A stretch of 55,092 nucleotides of DNA, from the NCBI GenBank assembly GCA_047635955.1, contig JBLIGW010000001.1, forward strand, positions 1-55,092. Reading direction: 5' to 3'. Position 1 is the first letter of the stretch. Every line of letters starts with the position of its first letter. The stretch is from Oceanicoccus sp. Lineage in GTDB: Bacteria; Patescibacteriota; Gracilibacteria; UBA1369; 2-02-FULL-48-14. A model generated the notes under the pieces. That model saw only the letters and a list, made by a program, of their open reading frames with translations, made no database searches and was not told the origin of the DNA. This document shows, piece after piece, positions 45,198 through 53,795 of the stretch. The position numbers were made by a program, and so were the translations under genes.

Positions 45198-46947
45198 CAG
45201 TGGTTAGAAAACGTGGATCAACAGTCACATCAGCAAGAGCGGTTTCAACGGCTTCAAACTGTTCAGTAATTTCTGGCGTGAGAACTGCATCGTACTTAAG
45301 TTTAGCATACATTTCATACTGCATATCTACGTCATAATCCGTACTAGCAAAGAAGTCTGTTAAACGGCTGAGCGCTCGCTCTCTTAGAGTGAGAACCATC
45401 ATACTCATCTCTTGAATGATTTGTGAATTCACATCCAATGTCTCATCAAAACCAGGCGTAGCAACAATAATTCTTAACATTTGTAGGTCTTGAAGTTTCT
45501 GCGCCAACAAAGCTGAAATCAAAACTTCTCGTTCCTCCAATGGAACACTTTCTAGTTCCATCAAGATAGATTGAGATTCAGTTTTGTAAGCCTCCAAGTA
45601 GTAATAAGCTTGCTCGTAATCAGCAGAAGCAATTAAACCAGGAACTCTGCTAAGTTTTTGCGAAGCTGAGGCCATACGAAGATTATTTTTATCACTATCA
45701 CTACTTAGTAATAATTCTGAAGTTTCCCCCAATTGAGTTTCAAGCAATTGAGTCCCTTCATCCATATCAAGTTTAGCAAAAAGTTCTTTTTGAGCCTCTT
45801 CCACTTGCGACTTCACATCATCATCACCGGCAAGTTCCAAACTTTTTTCAACCGCTTCTTGATAAGCCACCAAAGCCGTTCCTGCTTCTTCAACCTTTCC
45901 TTGTTCAATTAAAATCTGCGCTTCGTTCAATCGAAGCTCCATGTGTTGAGCAATCAAGTCTTGCTTAGCTCCATCACTAAAAGTCATAACCTCTTGAATG
46001 ACTTCTCGCCAAGCTTTAATAAAATATAAAGGATGATCAGGCAAAATACTCACCTTCGCTAAAGTATCTTGAGTGTAAGTTTCATTAAGGGCAGAAAGAT
46101 AAGTTTCTCCATAACTCTCATTGAAGTCCCACCACACATCCTCTTCAGGGGAAACACTTACATCAGACACTACAAATTCATCATAAGAACTAAGTTTCAT
46201 TCCTTGATTCAAAGCGCCATCATAATAATCATCACCATAAACGGCCAAAGCAATAATGTTTTCCGCCACTTGAACCTGCAAACCATCTTCATCTATTTGA
46301 ATATCAAAACTAGCTTTTTGATTCACAACTACCTCTCCTTCATAAAAGGAAATGGTCACTGAAGAAAGTGGATTCACTACTTGAGTCCACACTCGTCCTG
46401 TTTCATGAAAAACAGTAATCGCTTCATTTGTCTCCTCCAGTTGAATTTCACTGCGAGGCCCCATTGTGATTCGCGTGTCATCCATCAACTGGATGTGCGC
46501 CATCGCTCCAGCATTAGTCATAACTTCATCTCCCTCTTGGAGCAAAGCCATTTCAGTAACAGGACTTCCATTTACCATCACCGTTCCTTGAACCACTTCA
46601 AGTAGATTAACTGCCGAAGCATTCACCCCTGAAGTTAAAGTGAAAACGGGAGTAATGAAGAAAGCCACAAACACAGAAAGTGTGGCCGTTGCCCAGAATC
46701 GTTTATTCAAAAAGAACGGGATTGTATTCCGAGTAGGAAGTTGATCCAAAAGACGTTCTTTCATCATAACTCTCTGTAATTTTGAAGATTCAGGTTTATT
46801 CTTTTTAAGAACTTTCACCACTTCATTAAAAGGACTCACTCCTCGATCAGGAAGACGAGCTTCCATTCGATTCCACACGCGTTTTTTCGCCTGTTCAACA
46901 TCGTGGTCCGACAATAAAGGTAGGAAGAAATCCATCTTAAAATTCAA
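45187..46947 (-). CDS. anti-sigma-factor-like membrane protein (FecR-like + DUF5667-like helical ectodomain)
   Basis: Short cytoplasmic N-terminus and a TM helix (FWATATLSVFVAFFITPVFTL). The FecR-like beta segment is VVQGTVMVNG.....ALLQEGDEVMTNAGAMAHIQLMDDTRITMGPRSEIQLEE, followed by a long helical Glu/Leu-rich region. It overlaps the ECF sigma gene by 11 nt. Confidence 0.6.
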   Translation of the reverse strand: MNFKMDFFLPLLSDHDVEQAKKRVWNRMEARLPDRGVSPFNEVVKVLKKNKPESSKLQRVMMKERLLDQLPTRNTIPFFLNKRFWATATLSVFVAFFITPVFTLTSGVNASAVNLLEVVQGTVMVNGSPVTEMALLQEGDEVMTNAGAMAHIQLMDDTRITMGPRSEIQLEETNEAITVFHETGRVWTQVVNPLSSVTISFYEGEVVVNQKASFDIQIDEDGLQVQVAENIIALAVYGDDYYDGALNQGMKLSSYDEFVVSDVSVSPEEDVWWDFNESYGETYLSALNETYTQDTLAKVSILPDHPLYFIKAWREVIQEVMTFSDGAKQDLIAQHMELRLNEAQILIEQGKVEEAGTALVAYQEAVEKSLELAGDDDVKSQVEEAQKELFAKLDMDEGTQLLETQLGETSELLLSSDSDKNNLRMASASQKLSRVPGLIASADYEQAYYYLEAYKTESQSILMELESVPLEEREVLISALLAQKLQDLQMLRIIVATPGFDETLDVNSQIIQEMSMMVLTLRERALSRLTDFFASTDYDVDMQYEMYAKLKYDAVLTPEITEQFEAVETALADVTVDPRFLTTDGE

Positions 46948-47518
46948 AGGTTAAATCTTTTTCTGACAAATGATTCTTTAATTGTTTCAATGCTCGGAAC
47001 TGCATCACTCGAACATTTCCTTCTCGCTGTCTCATTATTTCTGCAATTTCTGAATTGGAAAGTCCAATCAAAAACTTCAAAGTAACCAATTGACGGTAAG
47101 GTTCTTTCAATTGATTCACCGCCTCACGTACTTGCCGCGCTCGTAAATTTTGCTCCGCCATTTTCTTAGGAGCAGAGTGTATGGATTCATCTTTAATTCG
47201 TGGATCCATAGGAAGAACTTTCTTGTGAGCACGTCGGTAATCAATCACCGCATTATGAGCAATACGGAAAAGCCAAGAACTAAACTTAACATCGCGCTTT
47301 TCATAAGAATCCATCTTAGTCCAACTCTTAATGAAAATAGTTTCTACAATGTCCTCCACGTCATGCGCTGGAACTCGAAAAAAAACATAACGATAAATCT
47401 TATCAAAGAAATGGTCATAAAGTTGTCCAAAGGCATCTTTATCACCCTCTTTTGAAGAGGTCACAAAGCCGTCAATTTCGGGATCTGTCAGTGGCATAAA
47501 TGGCGTGGTGGGATGCAC
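46937..47518 (-). CDS. ECF-type RNA polymerase sigma-70 family factor
   Basis: Region 2 is FGQLYDHFFDKIYRYVFFRV...DVEDIVETIFIKSW...SWLFRIAHN..IDY.R. Region 4 HTH is LSNSEIAEIMRQREGNVRVMQFRALKQLK. Confidence 0.85.
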   Translation of the reverse strand: MHPTTPFMPLTDPEIDGFVTSSKEGDKDAFGQLYDHFFDKIYRYVFFRVPAHDVEDIVETIFIKSWTKMDSYEKRDVKFSSWLFRIAHNAVIDYRRAHKKVLPMDPRIKDESIHSAPKKMAEQNLRARQVREAVNQLKEPYRQLVTLKFLIGLSNSEIAEIMRQREGNVRVMQFRALKQLKNHLSEKDLTFEF

Positions 47519-47591
47519 AAAGCATACACTAAATAGAACGTACTACGCCTGGAGACATTACAGATTTGAGGTGGACGGTTTAGCTTATTGT

Positions 47592-47619
47592 TGAAAAAAA
47601 GTGCAAATAATGCTATAAT
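47592..47619 (+). promoter_or_regulatory. sigma70-like promoter with an extended -10
   Basis: TTGAAA (47592-47597), a 16-nt spacer and TGC-TATAAT (47611-47619), 21 nt before ATG 47641. Confidence 0.45.
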
Positions 47620-47640
47620 CAGGAGATTAATAAAAAAACC

Positions 47641-48744
47641 ATGCACTACCAAAACAACTCCCTTCACTTTAAACTTCCTCGAGAACTACATAAGGTAGAG
47701 AGATACATCCATGCAGAAACAGGAGAAGTTACTCCTGAAGCAACTGAACAGATGAACAAAACCGCAACAGAACGAGCAAAACTAAGTGAATCAATTCGGA
47801 ATCAACTTCCTACAAATGAGGCACTAACCGCAGCCACCCCGACTACTGTTGAGGTGAAAAGTGGAGACAGTCTAACAAAAATAATTGGCCGTCAATTTAC
47901 AACTGCATACATAAATCCTCGTCTTGCACTATTATCATCTGCATATATGGACAAGCAAGGAAGAGAACAAAGTGGAAATGTTCATTTTCTCGATATTGGA
48001 GATAAAATTATGTTTGACCCAGCAACTCCCGGACAAGTCAAAATTGAACGTAAAGAAGGGAGCAGCCAATCAAATATTGAATGGATAAATATATTCCCTC
48101 AAGAAACACTTGCTGAAAAAGCTAGCTGGACCAAGGAGGAAGCTATCTCAACTGGAGCATGGGGGCAGAATAGACCTGAATCAAAAGATGAAGGAACACC
48201 AGATGGCTACGAGTGGGCAGATCCAAAAGACTCAGAAAACTGGAAACTAATCCCTGAAGAAACTGCTGCTGAAGAAGCTCCCGCTGAAGAAGCTCCCGCT
48301 GAAGAAGCTGCTGCTGAAGAAGCTGCCGCTGAAGAAGCTCCCGCTGAAGAAGCTGCCGAACTAAAAGCTACTGAAGAAGCTGCCGAACTAAAAGCTGCTG
48401 AAGAAGCTCCCGCTGAAGAAGCTGCCGAACTAAAAGCTACTGAAGAAGCTGCCGAACTAAAAGCTGCTGAAGAAGCTCCCGCTGAAGAAGCTGCCGAACT
48501 AAAAGCTACTGAAGAAGCTGCCGAACTAAAAGCTGCTGAAGAAGCTGCTGCTGAAGAAGCTGCCGAACTAAAAGCTACTGAAGAAGCTGCCGAACTAAAA
48601 GCTGCTGAAGAAGCTGCCGAACTAAAAGCTGCTGAAGAAGCTGCTGCTATGCAACCGCCTCCTTCACTAGAAGAATCAGATCAAACAGCGGAGACACAAG
48701 AGGAAACAGATCAAAACCCTCTGCAACCGCCTCCACCACTATAA
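47641..48744 (+). CDS. hypothetical protein with a LysM-like segment and a long Ala/Glu-rich tandem-repeat region
   Basis: VEVKSGDSLTKIIGRQF...........FLDIGDKIMF resembles LysM. The C-terminal half is (AAEEAPAEEAAELKATEEAAELK)n, followed by a QPPP-rich tail. Confidence 0.65.
   Translation: MHYQNNSLHFKLPRELHKVERYIHAETGEVTPEATEQMNKTATERAKLSESIRNQLPTNEALTAATPTTVEVKSGDSLTKIIGRQFTTAYINPRLALLSSAYMDKQGREQSGNVHFLDIGDKIMFDPATPGQVKIERKEGSSQSNIEWINIFPQETLAEKASWTKEEAISTGAWGQNRPESKDEGTPDGYEWADPKDSENWKLIPEETAAEEAPAEEAPAEEAAAEEAAAEEAPAEEAAELKATEEAAELKAAEEAPAEEAAELKATEEAAELKAAEEAPAEEAAELKATEEAAELKAAEEAAAEEAAELKATEEAAELKAAEEAAELKAAEEAAAMQPPPSLEESDQTAETQEETDQNPLQPPPPL
48265..48648 (+). repeat. in-frame coding tandem repeat array (69-nt unit built from 12-15-nt GCTGAAGAAGCT sub-repeats)
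   Basis: CTAAAAGCTACT recurs at 48361, 48430, 48499 and 48568, an exact 69-nt period. Three units are identical, the fourth differs at one codon (CCC to GCT), and a 27-nt partial unit follows. Confidence 0.9.
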
Positions 48745-48755
48745 GATATTAAGGG

Positions 48756-48791
48756 AAAAAAGACTCTCACCATACAGTGAGGGTCTTTTTT
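48756..48791. terminator. bidirectional terminator between convergent genes
   Basis: AAAAAA-GACTCTCAC-catacа-GTGAGGGTC-TTTTTT: a 9-bp stem (one G-U pair) flanked by A6 and T6. Confidence 0.65.
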
Positions 48792-48805
48792 ATTATGAGT
48801 GCTAA

Positions 48806-50857
48806 TTAGTCTTGAATGAGTTGAGAAAGTGTTTCAGCAATCTCAGTAACCTCATCTCGCCCTTCAGCATTCTGATCATCAACAAGACTTGCTGCAATCA
48901 AAAGCTGATAAATTTGTTTACCTCTTTGAAGAGAGTTATCACTACTTGATGCGTTCTCCAAACCAACCACATCAAACAATATTGATACCAAATGTTGAGT
49001 TTCTGAATTGAAAGTCATTGAAAACCCCCATGAAGTAATAACCGATTTATGAGCTTCTGATAATTTAGTATCAGGATTACCTGTGTAAATTTTAACAAGA
49101 TCATTAAGTACACCAGCTTGATAAAGCATGTGTACCAAGTTTACTCGTCCATCATAAGTGTAAGAAACATGCTGTAAATCAGATTCAAGATTTACAACCT
49201 TACCTCCACCCACAAGAGAAAGCCATTCTGTCATCCCTTCATTAAGAAGATTATTCGCAGACCTAGCCCCACCCACACGGAAGAAAGCTTGTTCATTAAG
49301 AAGATCATCAAATTCCAGATCTTTTGTGAGTTGTCCTTGAATCAAGGCATGATTGTATTCATGAGTTGCTGTACTTACAAGTTGCTGCCCTGTTAGGTCT
49401 GAAACTAAATCAATTTTACTTCCAGCTGCTCCAGGGTGATGCAAGCCAGCTGCTCCAATAGAAAGTAGTTCATGAGTATTCGTGAAATCAATCAAGTGAG
49501 TCGCTGAACCTGAAATGTTTTCCACAATTAATTCAAATGCTTCTGGATCTAATTCTTGACTAAGAAAATTCAATTCAGCAAGAATCTTTATTTCAAAAGT
49601 TCGTTCTGAAAAGTAATTCACTAATGACCGTTGAGCCTCTTGCTTAACACCTCTAGAACTTGCATTTGCCAAAGTAATATTAAGTGATTCAGCTAAACCT
49701 GAATAATAAGATTCATACCAGTTAGCCAATCCATATTGGGCAAAAGCTCTTTTATGATCTTCAGAAAGAGTCAATTCTTCACCTGGAGGCATGTAGTATT
49801 CTAAGCTTTTTTCAGCCAATTGAAGCTTCAATGTTGCTTCTGCAACATAAGGGACTGCACCCTCTGAAGCCAATCCAGCACAGGCCAAATCACCATCAGA
49901 ACCTACGAGATAGTACTCTGTAAGATATCCATCTTCTGAGCGCTCACCAGTAGTGAATACTTGCCCCTCAGCAATACTCATCATGTCCTCTTTAAAACCA
50001 GCCGTTTCTAGGGTGATAAATGTTTCACCATCAATATCATAAGATTTTGTATGAAAAGCTTCAGGAATTTTATTATCTATCTGTTCTGGTGTAAAACCAA
50101 TTGTTGTACCCCAGCCTGCAGCCACAATAGACCCCTGCACCCCAAGCTCTGAAGTAAATGTCACTCCAAAAAATGGATGCTCAAGTGCTTGAGAAGTCCA
50201 TTTATCTTGAACATTCATAGGCTCCCAATGTGAAAGCCCTTCTTCATTTTCAGACAAGACACATGCAAAACTAATGCTAACACCATCTAAATCTTTTCCA
50301 TCAACAGTAGAAGTTCCTCCATTACGAGCGCCCACTTCAAGACCAGATACAAAATCAAATCTCGCTTGATTAGCTAGATTTGATAAATAAGGGTAAGCAA
50401 AGTAGCCAACGAATGCTACCGGCGCAATACCTAAGAGCAAACGTCCAAGTCTGGGCATTTTATCTAAAACTGCATCTCTAGCATTCCCTGTAAGTTCACT
50501 CACTCGTCGTGAAAGAGCCGTCCGTTCTTCAATTAACTTATTAATTCCTTCTGAAAGCTCACCACTCGTTCCATTCGCAGCAAAGAGAGTAAGTGTAGAT
50601 TCAAAACTATCTACAATATAAGTTTGAAAATCCAGTTGAGCCTCATCTTTTTCTGAAGTAGACCTGTCAGATTTAAGACAAGCAGCAACTAATCTATGTA
50701 ACTCTTCCTGTACAGTAAGATCTGTTCCATTTTTAGTGATAAGGTTATACCAAAGACATGAGTTCTCAATATGAGGATTCATAAGATGTTGAAATATTGC
50801 AGTTTGCACATTCAACATAAGAGGTGAATCACCCTCTGGAGTATTAGAAATTCTCAT
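48806..50857 (-). CDS. membrane-anchored hypothetical protein with a gluzincin-like HExxH...NEGxxEW motif (putative zinc metallopeptidase)
   Basis: One TM helix at about aa 139-157 (LLLGIAPVAFVGYFAYPYL). HEYNH at aa 499-503 (nt 49349-49363) and NEGMTEW 37 residues downstream recall MA-clan peptidases. No other family motif recognised. Confidence 0.6.
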   Translation of the reverse strand: MRISNTPEGDSPLMLNVQTAIFQHLMNPHIENSCLWYNLITKNGTDLTVQEELHRLVAACLKSDRSTSEKDEAQLDFQTYIVDSFESTLTLFAANGTSGELSEGINKLIEERTALSRRVSELTGNARDAVLDKMPRLGRLLLGIAPVAFVGYFAYPYLSNLANQARFDFVSGLEVGARNGGTSTVDGKDLDGVSISFACVLSENEEGLSHWEPMNVQDKWTSQALEHPFFGVTFTSELGVQGSIVAAGWGTTIGFTPEQIDNKIPEAFHTKSYDIDGETFITLETAGFKEDMMSIAEGQVFTTGERSEDGYLTEYYLVGSDGDLACAGLASEGAVPYVAEATLKLQLAEKSLEYYMPPGEELTLSEDHKRAFAQYGLANWYESYYSGLAESLNITLANASSRGVKQEAQRSLVNYFSERTFEIKILAELNFLSQELDPEAFELIVENISGSATHLIDFTNTHELLSIGAAGLHHPGAAGSKIDLVSDLTGQQLVSTATHEYNHALIQGQLTKDLEFDDLLNEQAFFRVGGARSANNLLNEGMTEWLSLVGGGKVVNLESDLQHVSYTYDGRVNLVHMLYQAGVLNDLVKIYTGNPDTKLSEAHKSVITSWGFSMTFNSETQHLVSILFDVVGLENASSSDNSLQRGKQIYQLLIAASLVDDQNAEGRDEVTEIAETLSQLIQD

Positions 50858-52776
50858 TATCGATTTAGGTTAGAAAGTCGGTTTCTGTGATCTATATATC
50901 CAGTAAGAAGACGGTCTTTAGAGTAAGAAGAATAACCAGCTCCCATCGCACCTACTTGATCAATCATTGCCATAAGAATACTCAGAACAAGAAGCGTCCA
51001 TGAAATTCGTTTTGCATTCTCTATAGGTGTTCCTTGAATCAATTGATAAGTTCGTACTGCATTCTTCCAAGAAAGTAAGGCACCTTCTTGGGCAAGAGGA
51101 TCAAGTTCATCAAGTTGAACTAATTCCACACCTGCTTCTTGTGAAAGCTCGCGTAAAATTGGATTTAACTCACGAACGGTACCGTTCATGGCATAAGTGT
51201 CTAGGATTTCACCCCTATTGATCGATTCACCAATCTCATTAAGTCGAACCTCTAGTGCATCCAATTGCGCCAGTCGATCAGGATGAGACGACTCACAACG
51301 AGTAATATTTTGACTAATATCATAAGGCCCATGACCAAACTCTCTAACACCAGGAGCAAATGTAGCATTGGCTAGGTTTTCAGCTTCAAGTTCATCTGCT
51401 ACCCAGAACCCAACACTCTGAAGATCTATTAAGCCATTACAGTTCCCAAATCCAGTGATCTCTGAGGCCGCACCTTCAAATCTACCAATAAATTGATTCA
51501 TTTCTGCATTAGAACGAGGGCCAAAACCATAATGTATATCAGAACCTGGACGAGTCCATAGTCCTTTTGCTTCCATTACAAGTTCACGTCCTTCTTTTTG
51601 AACTTCTGTAATGATAGTTGCCGTAGAGTCTACATCAACAATCACTACAGCTCCTGCATCTTCAATCAACTGTCGTGCCTTAGCATCATTATCGTGCCAC
51701 GCACCTGAAACCACTTGATCGGTTGCATTCAAGGCCGTTGCACCACCAATATTGGAAGTCGCACTAACCGCACTAAATCCAAGCCACGCACCCATAACAG
51801 CAAAGGCAGCAGGGGATAATTTACGTCGCATTCTTCCAGACTCATCCATTCTTTTAGGCATAGGGTTCATAGTAATTACTCCGAGTTGAAGCCCGATAGC
51901 AATCGCCCACATACTTCCATTCACGATCAATGCTCCACCAAGAGCAATAGGATCAAGACCTCCAAGGTCCTCTCCCAATACCGCTTTCATATTTGCAAAA
52001 GCTTGGTAAGTGTAAAAACCAGAAGCTCCAGAAGCAAGTGTTGTCACTCCAGGAATAACAAACTTAGTTAGAAGTCCCACATTTCTTTCAAGTGCAGTGA
52101 CTATTTCTTTATAATAAGCTCCCTCTTGGATAAGAGCACCAGGTAGTTCCTCTTGTGCAAGCTTCAAGTAATGAGCTGCCTCTTCTCTTGTAACTGCACT
52201 CTGATGATTAGTTTCCAATCTTAAATTTGCATCTTGCTCCTTCGATCTAGCTGCGTTCATTGCAAGCGTTAGGCTATCATTTCTGCGCGCTTGTTCACTT
52301 GATATAAAAGCTTTACTAGCTTTAGCATCAAGCTCAGTTCTATCAGCTTGTTTTTTCATAAGAAGAGCAGCTTCTGTAGTAAGACGAGCCGTAAGCTCAG
52401 TAATCGATTTTCCATCAATATCAGATGCCTCAACTCCTAAAGTACGTAATTCTTGAGCCAAACATGCTCCTAAATCTCTTTGTGCAGCCACTTGTGGATC
52501 CTTTAAAGCCACTTGAGCTGAATAAAGGTCTGCACCTTCTTCAAGCACAATATTCATTGTTTTTAAACGTTCAACAAGAATAGCAAGCGTATCAACATCC
52601 GCGTCTGCTAAAGGTCCAATTACATTAAATAAATCATGTACATCACCAGCCCCAGTAATAGCACGTGCAGCATTAATCGCTGCAGTTAGTGAATCAACCG
52701 TTTTTTCTCTTGCAATAAGAGCAGCCGGTTCAGGAGTATCTTTATTAGAAGGTCCTATTGGAGGTGGAGAAGACAT
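50857..52776 (-). CDS. large hypothetical polytopic membrane protein (639 aa)
   Basis: Ala/Glu-rich helical N-terminal ~230 aa, three Gly/Ala-rich TM helices, a ~270-aa soluble domain and a C-terminal TM helix (ISWTLLVLSILMAMIDQVGAMGAG). Its stop overlaps the start of the downstream gene by 1 nt. Confidence 0.6.
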   Translation of the reverse strand: MSSPPPIGPSNKDTPEPAALIAREKTVDSLTAAINAARAITGAGDVHDLFNVIGPLADADVDTLAILVERLKTMNIVLEEGADLYSAQVALKDPQVAAQRDLGACLAQELRTLGVEASDIDGKSITELTARLTTEAALLMKKQADRTELDAKASKAFISSEQARRNDSLTLAMNAARSKEQDANLRLETNHQSAVTREEAAHYLKLAQEELPGALIQEGAYYKEIVTALERNVGLLTKFVIPGVTTLASGASGFYTYQAFANMKAVLGEDLGGLDPIALGGALIVNGSMWAIAIGLQLGVITMNPMPKRMDESGRMRRKLSPAAFAVMGAWLGFSAVSATSNIGGATALNATDQVVSGAWHDNDAKARQLIEDAGAVVIVDVDSTATIITEVQKEGRELVMEAKGLWTRPGSDIHYGFGPRSNAEMNQFIGRFEGAASEITGFGNCNGLIDLQSVGFWVADELEAENLANATFAPGVREFGHGPYDISQNITRCESSHPDRLAQLDALEVRLNEIGESINRGEILDTYAMNGTVRELNPILRELSQEAGVELVQLDELDPLAQEGALLSWKNAVRTYQLIQGTPIENAKRISWTLLVLSILMAMIDQVGAMGAGYSSYSKDRLLTGYIDHRNRLSNLNR

Positions 52777-52898
52777 GTATAAGTTTTTTAAATTAGGGGT
52801 CTACCTTAACAGGACTTTGACTTATTGTCAAGCCCAGTGGCCCATCAGAGCTACTACACAACTAAAAGTAGAAAAACACGGCGAAACTTCTTGATCTC

Positions 52899-53795
52899 CT
52901 AAGACAGTGCCAAAACAGCCTCCTCTACCTGCTCCCTCCCTCCGAGAAAGATAGGTGAAGTCTGAACCAATGATTCAATCTTTTTATCCATCATTGATGC
53001 GCTGCCATCACTGGCGTAACCACCTGCTTGCTCCATCAACATCGCCATAGGCCCACATTCGTACAAAAGCCTAAGCTTGGAATCTGGCTTTTCAGGAGTC
53101 CCTGGATACATGAAGATTCCACTTCCCTTTTTCAAGATATGATTGATGTCTGGAACCATTCCTCCAGAGTATCGAAGCGTGTATTGATTCTCAATATAAG
53201 ACTTCACCAATTCATAATAATCAGGTCGAGTTTTACAGGCTCGCAGATTTCCTGGAGCAAAGTATTTCTTTTCGTTATTGAGCATCACAGATTCATCCGT
53301 AAGCACCCATGCTCCATTATGAAGGGTGAACTCCATCGTCCCCTTTCCGAACGTAAGCATAATTGTAGTGCGAGGACCATAAAGCCCATAAATCGCCGCG
53401 ACTTGATCTGCAGGTGTTTTACCAATCACGTCATTTCCTTCGTAAATTCCAACAATCGTTCCCACCGCCATATTCACGTCCAACAGACTTGATCCATCAA
53501 GAGGGTCGTAATAAACACTGTACTTACCATCTTCACGAACCACCTCAAGGTGGTCCATTTCTTCACTAGAAAACGCACCTACAAACGGACAAGTTTTCAT
53601 ATGTGCTTGAAGAATTTCTTCAGACTTCACATCCATCACCGCTTGCTCTTCACCAAAAGAATTTTGAGTTCCAATCTTTCCTGTATCAGCTGTAACAATC
53701 GCAACTGAAATCTCACGAACTGAGTCCGCCAATTCAAGCAACAATTCCGCGAGCTCAAGTGGAGCTCCTTTGTCCATTAGCATTTTAAGCATCAA
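52899..53795 (-). CDS. fbp: fructose-1,6-bisphosphatase, class 1
   Basis: GEEQ..MDV.SEEI, FSSEE, YYDPLDGSS..DVN..VGTI.GIY, YSGGMVPDI.HIL.KG.GIFMYPG and KLRLLYECGPMA.LMEQAGG.ASDG match class 1 FBPase. Confidence 0.85.
   Translation of the reverse strand: MMLKMLMDKGAPLELAELLLELADSVREISVAIVTADTGKIGTQNSFGEEQAVMDVKSEEILQAHMKTCPFVGAFSSEEMDHLEVVREDGKYSVYYDPLDGSSLLDVNMAVGTIVGIYEGNDVIGKTPADQVAAIYGLYGPRTTIMLTFGKGTMEFTLHNGAWVLTDESVMLNNEKKYFAPGNLRACKTRPDYYELVKSYIENQYTLRYSGGMVPDINHILKKGSGIFMYPGTPEKPDSKLRLLYECGPMAMLMEQAGGYASDGSASMMDKKIESLVQTSPIFLGGREQVEEAVLALS

Noticed and set aside
48265-48648. Possible CRISPR array, suggested by regularly spaced repeats
   Set aside because: The repeats are contiguous, with no unique spacers. 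They have a 69-nt period that is a multiple of three, lie in frame within a long ORF, and no cas genes are present. This is a coding tandem repeat.
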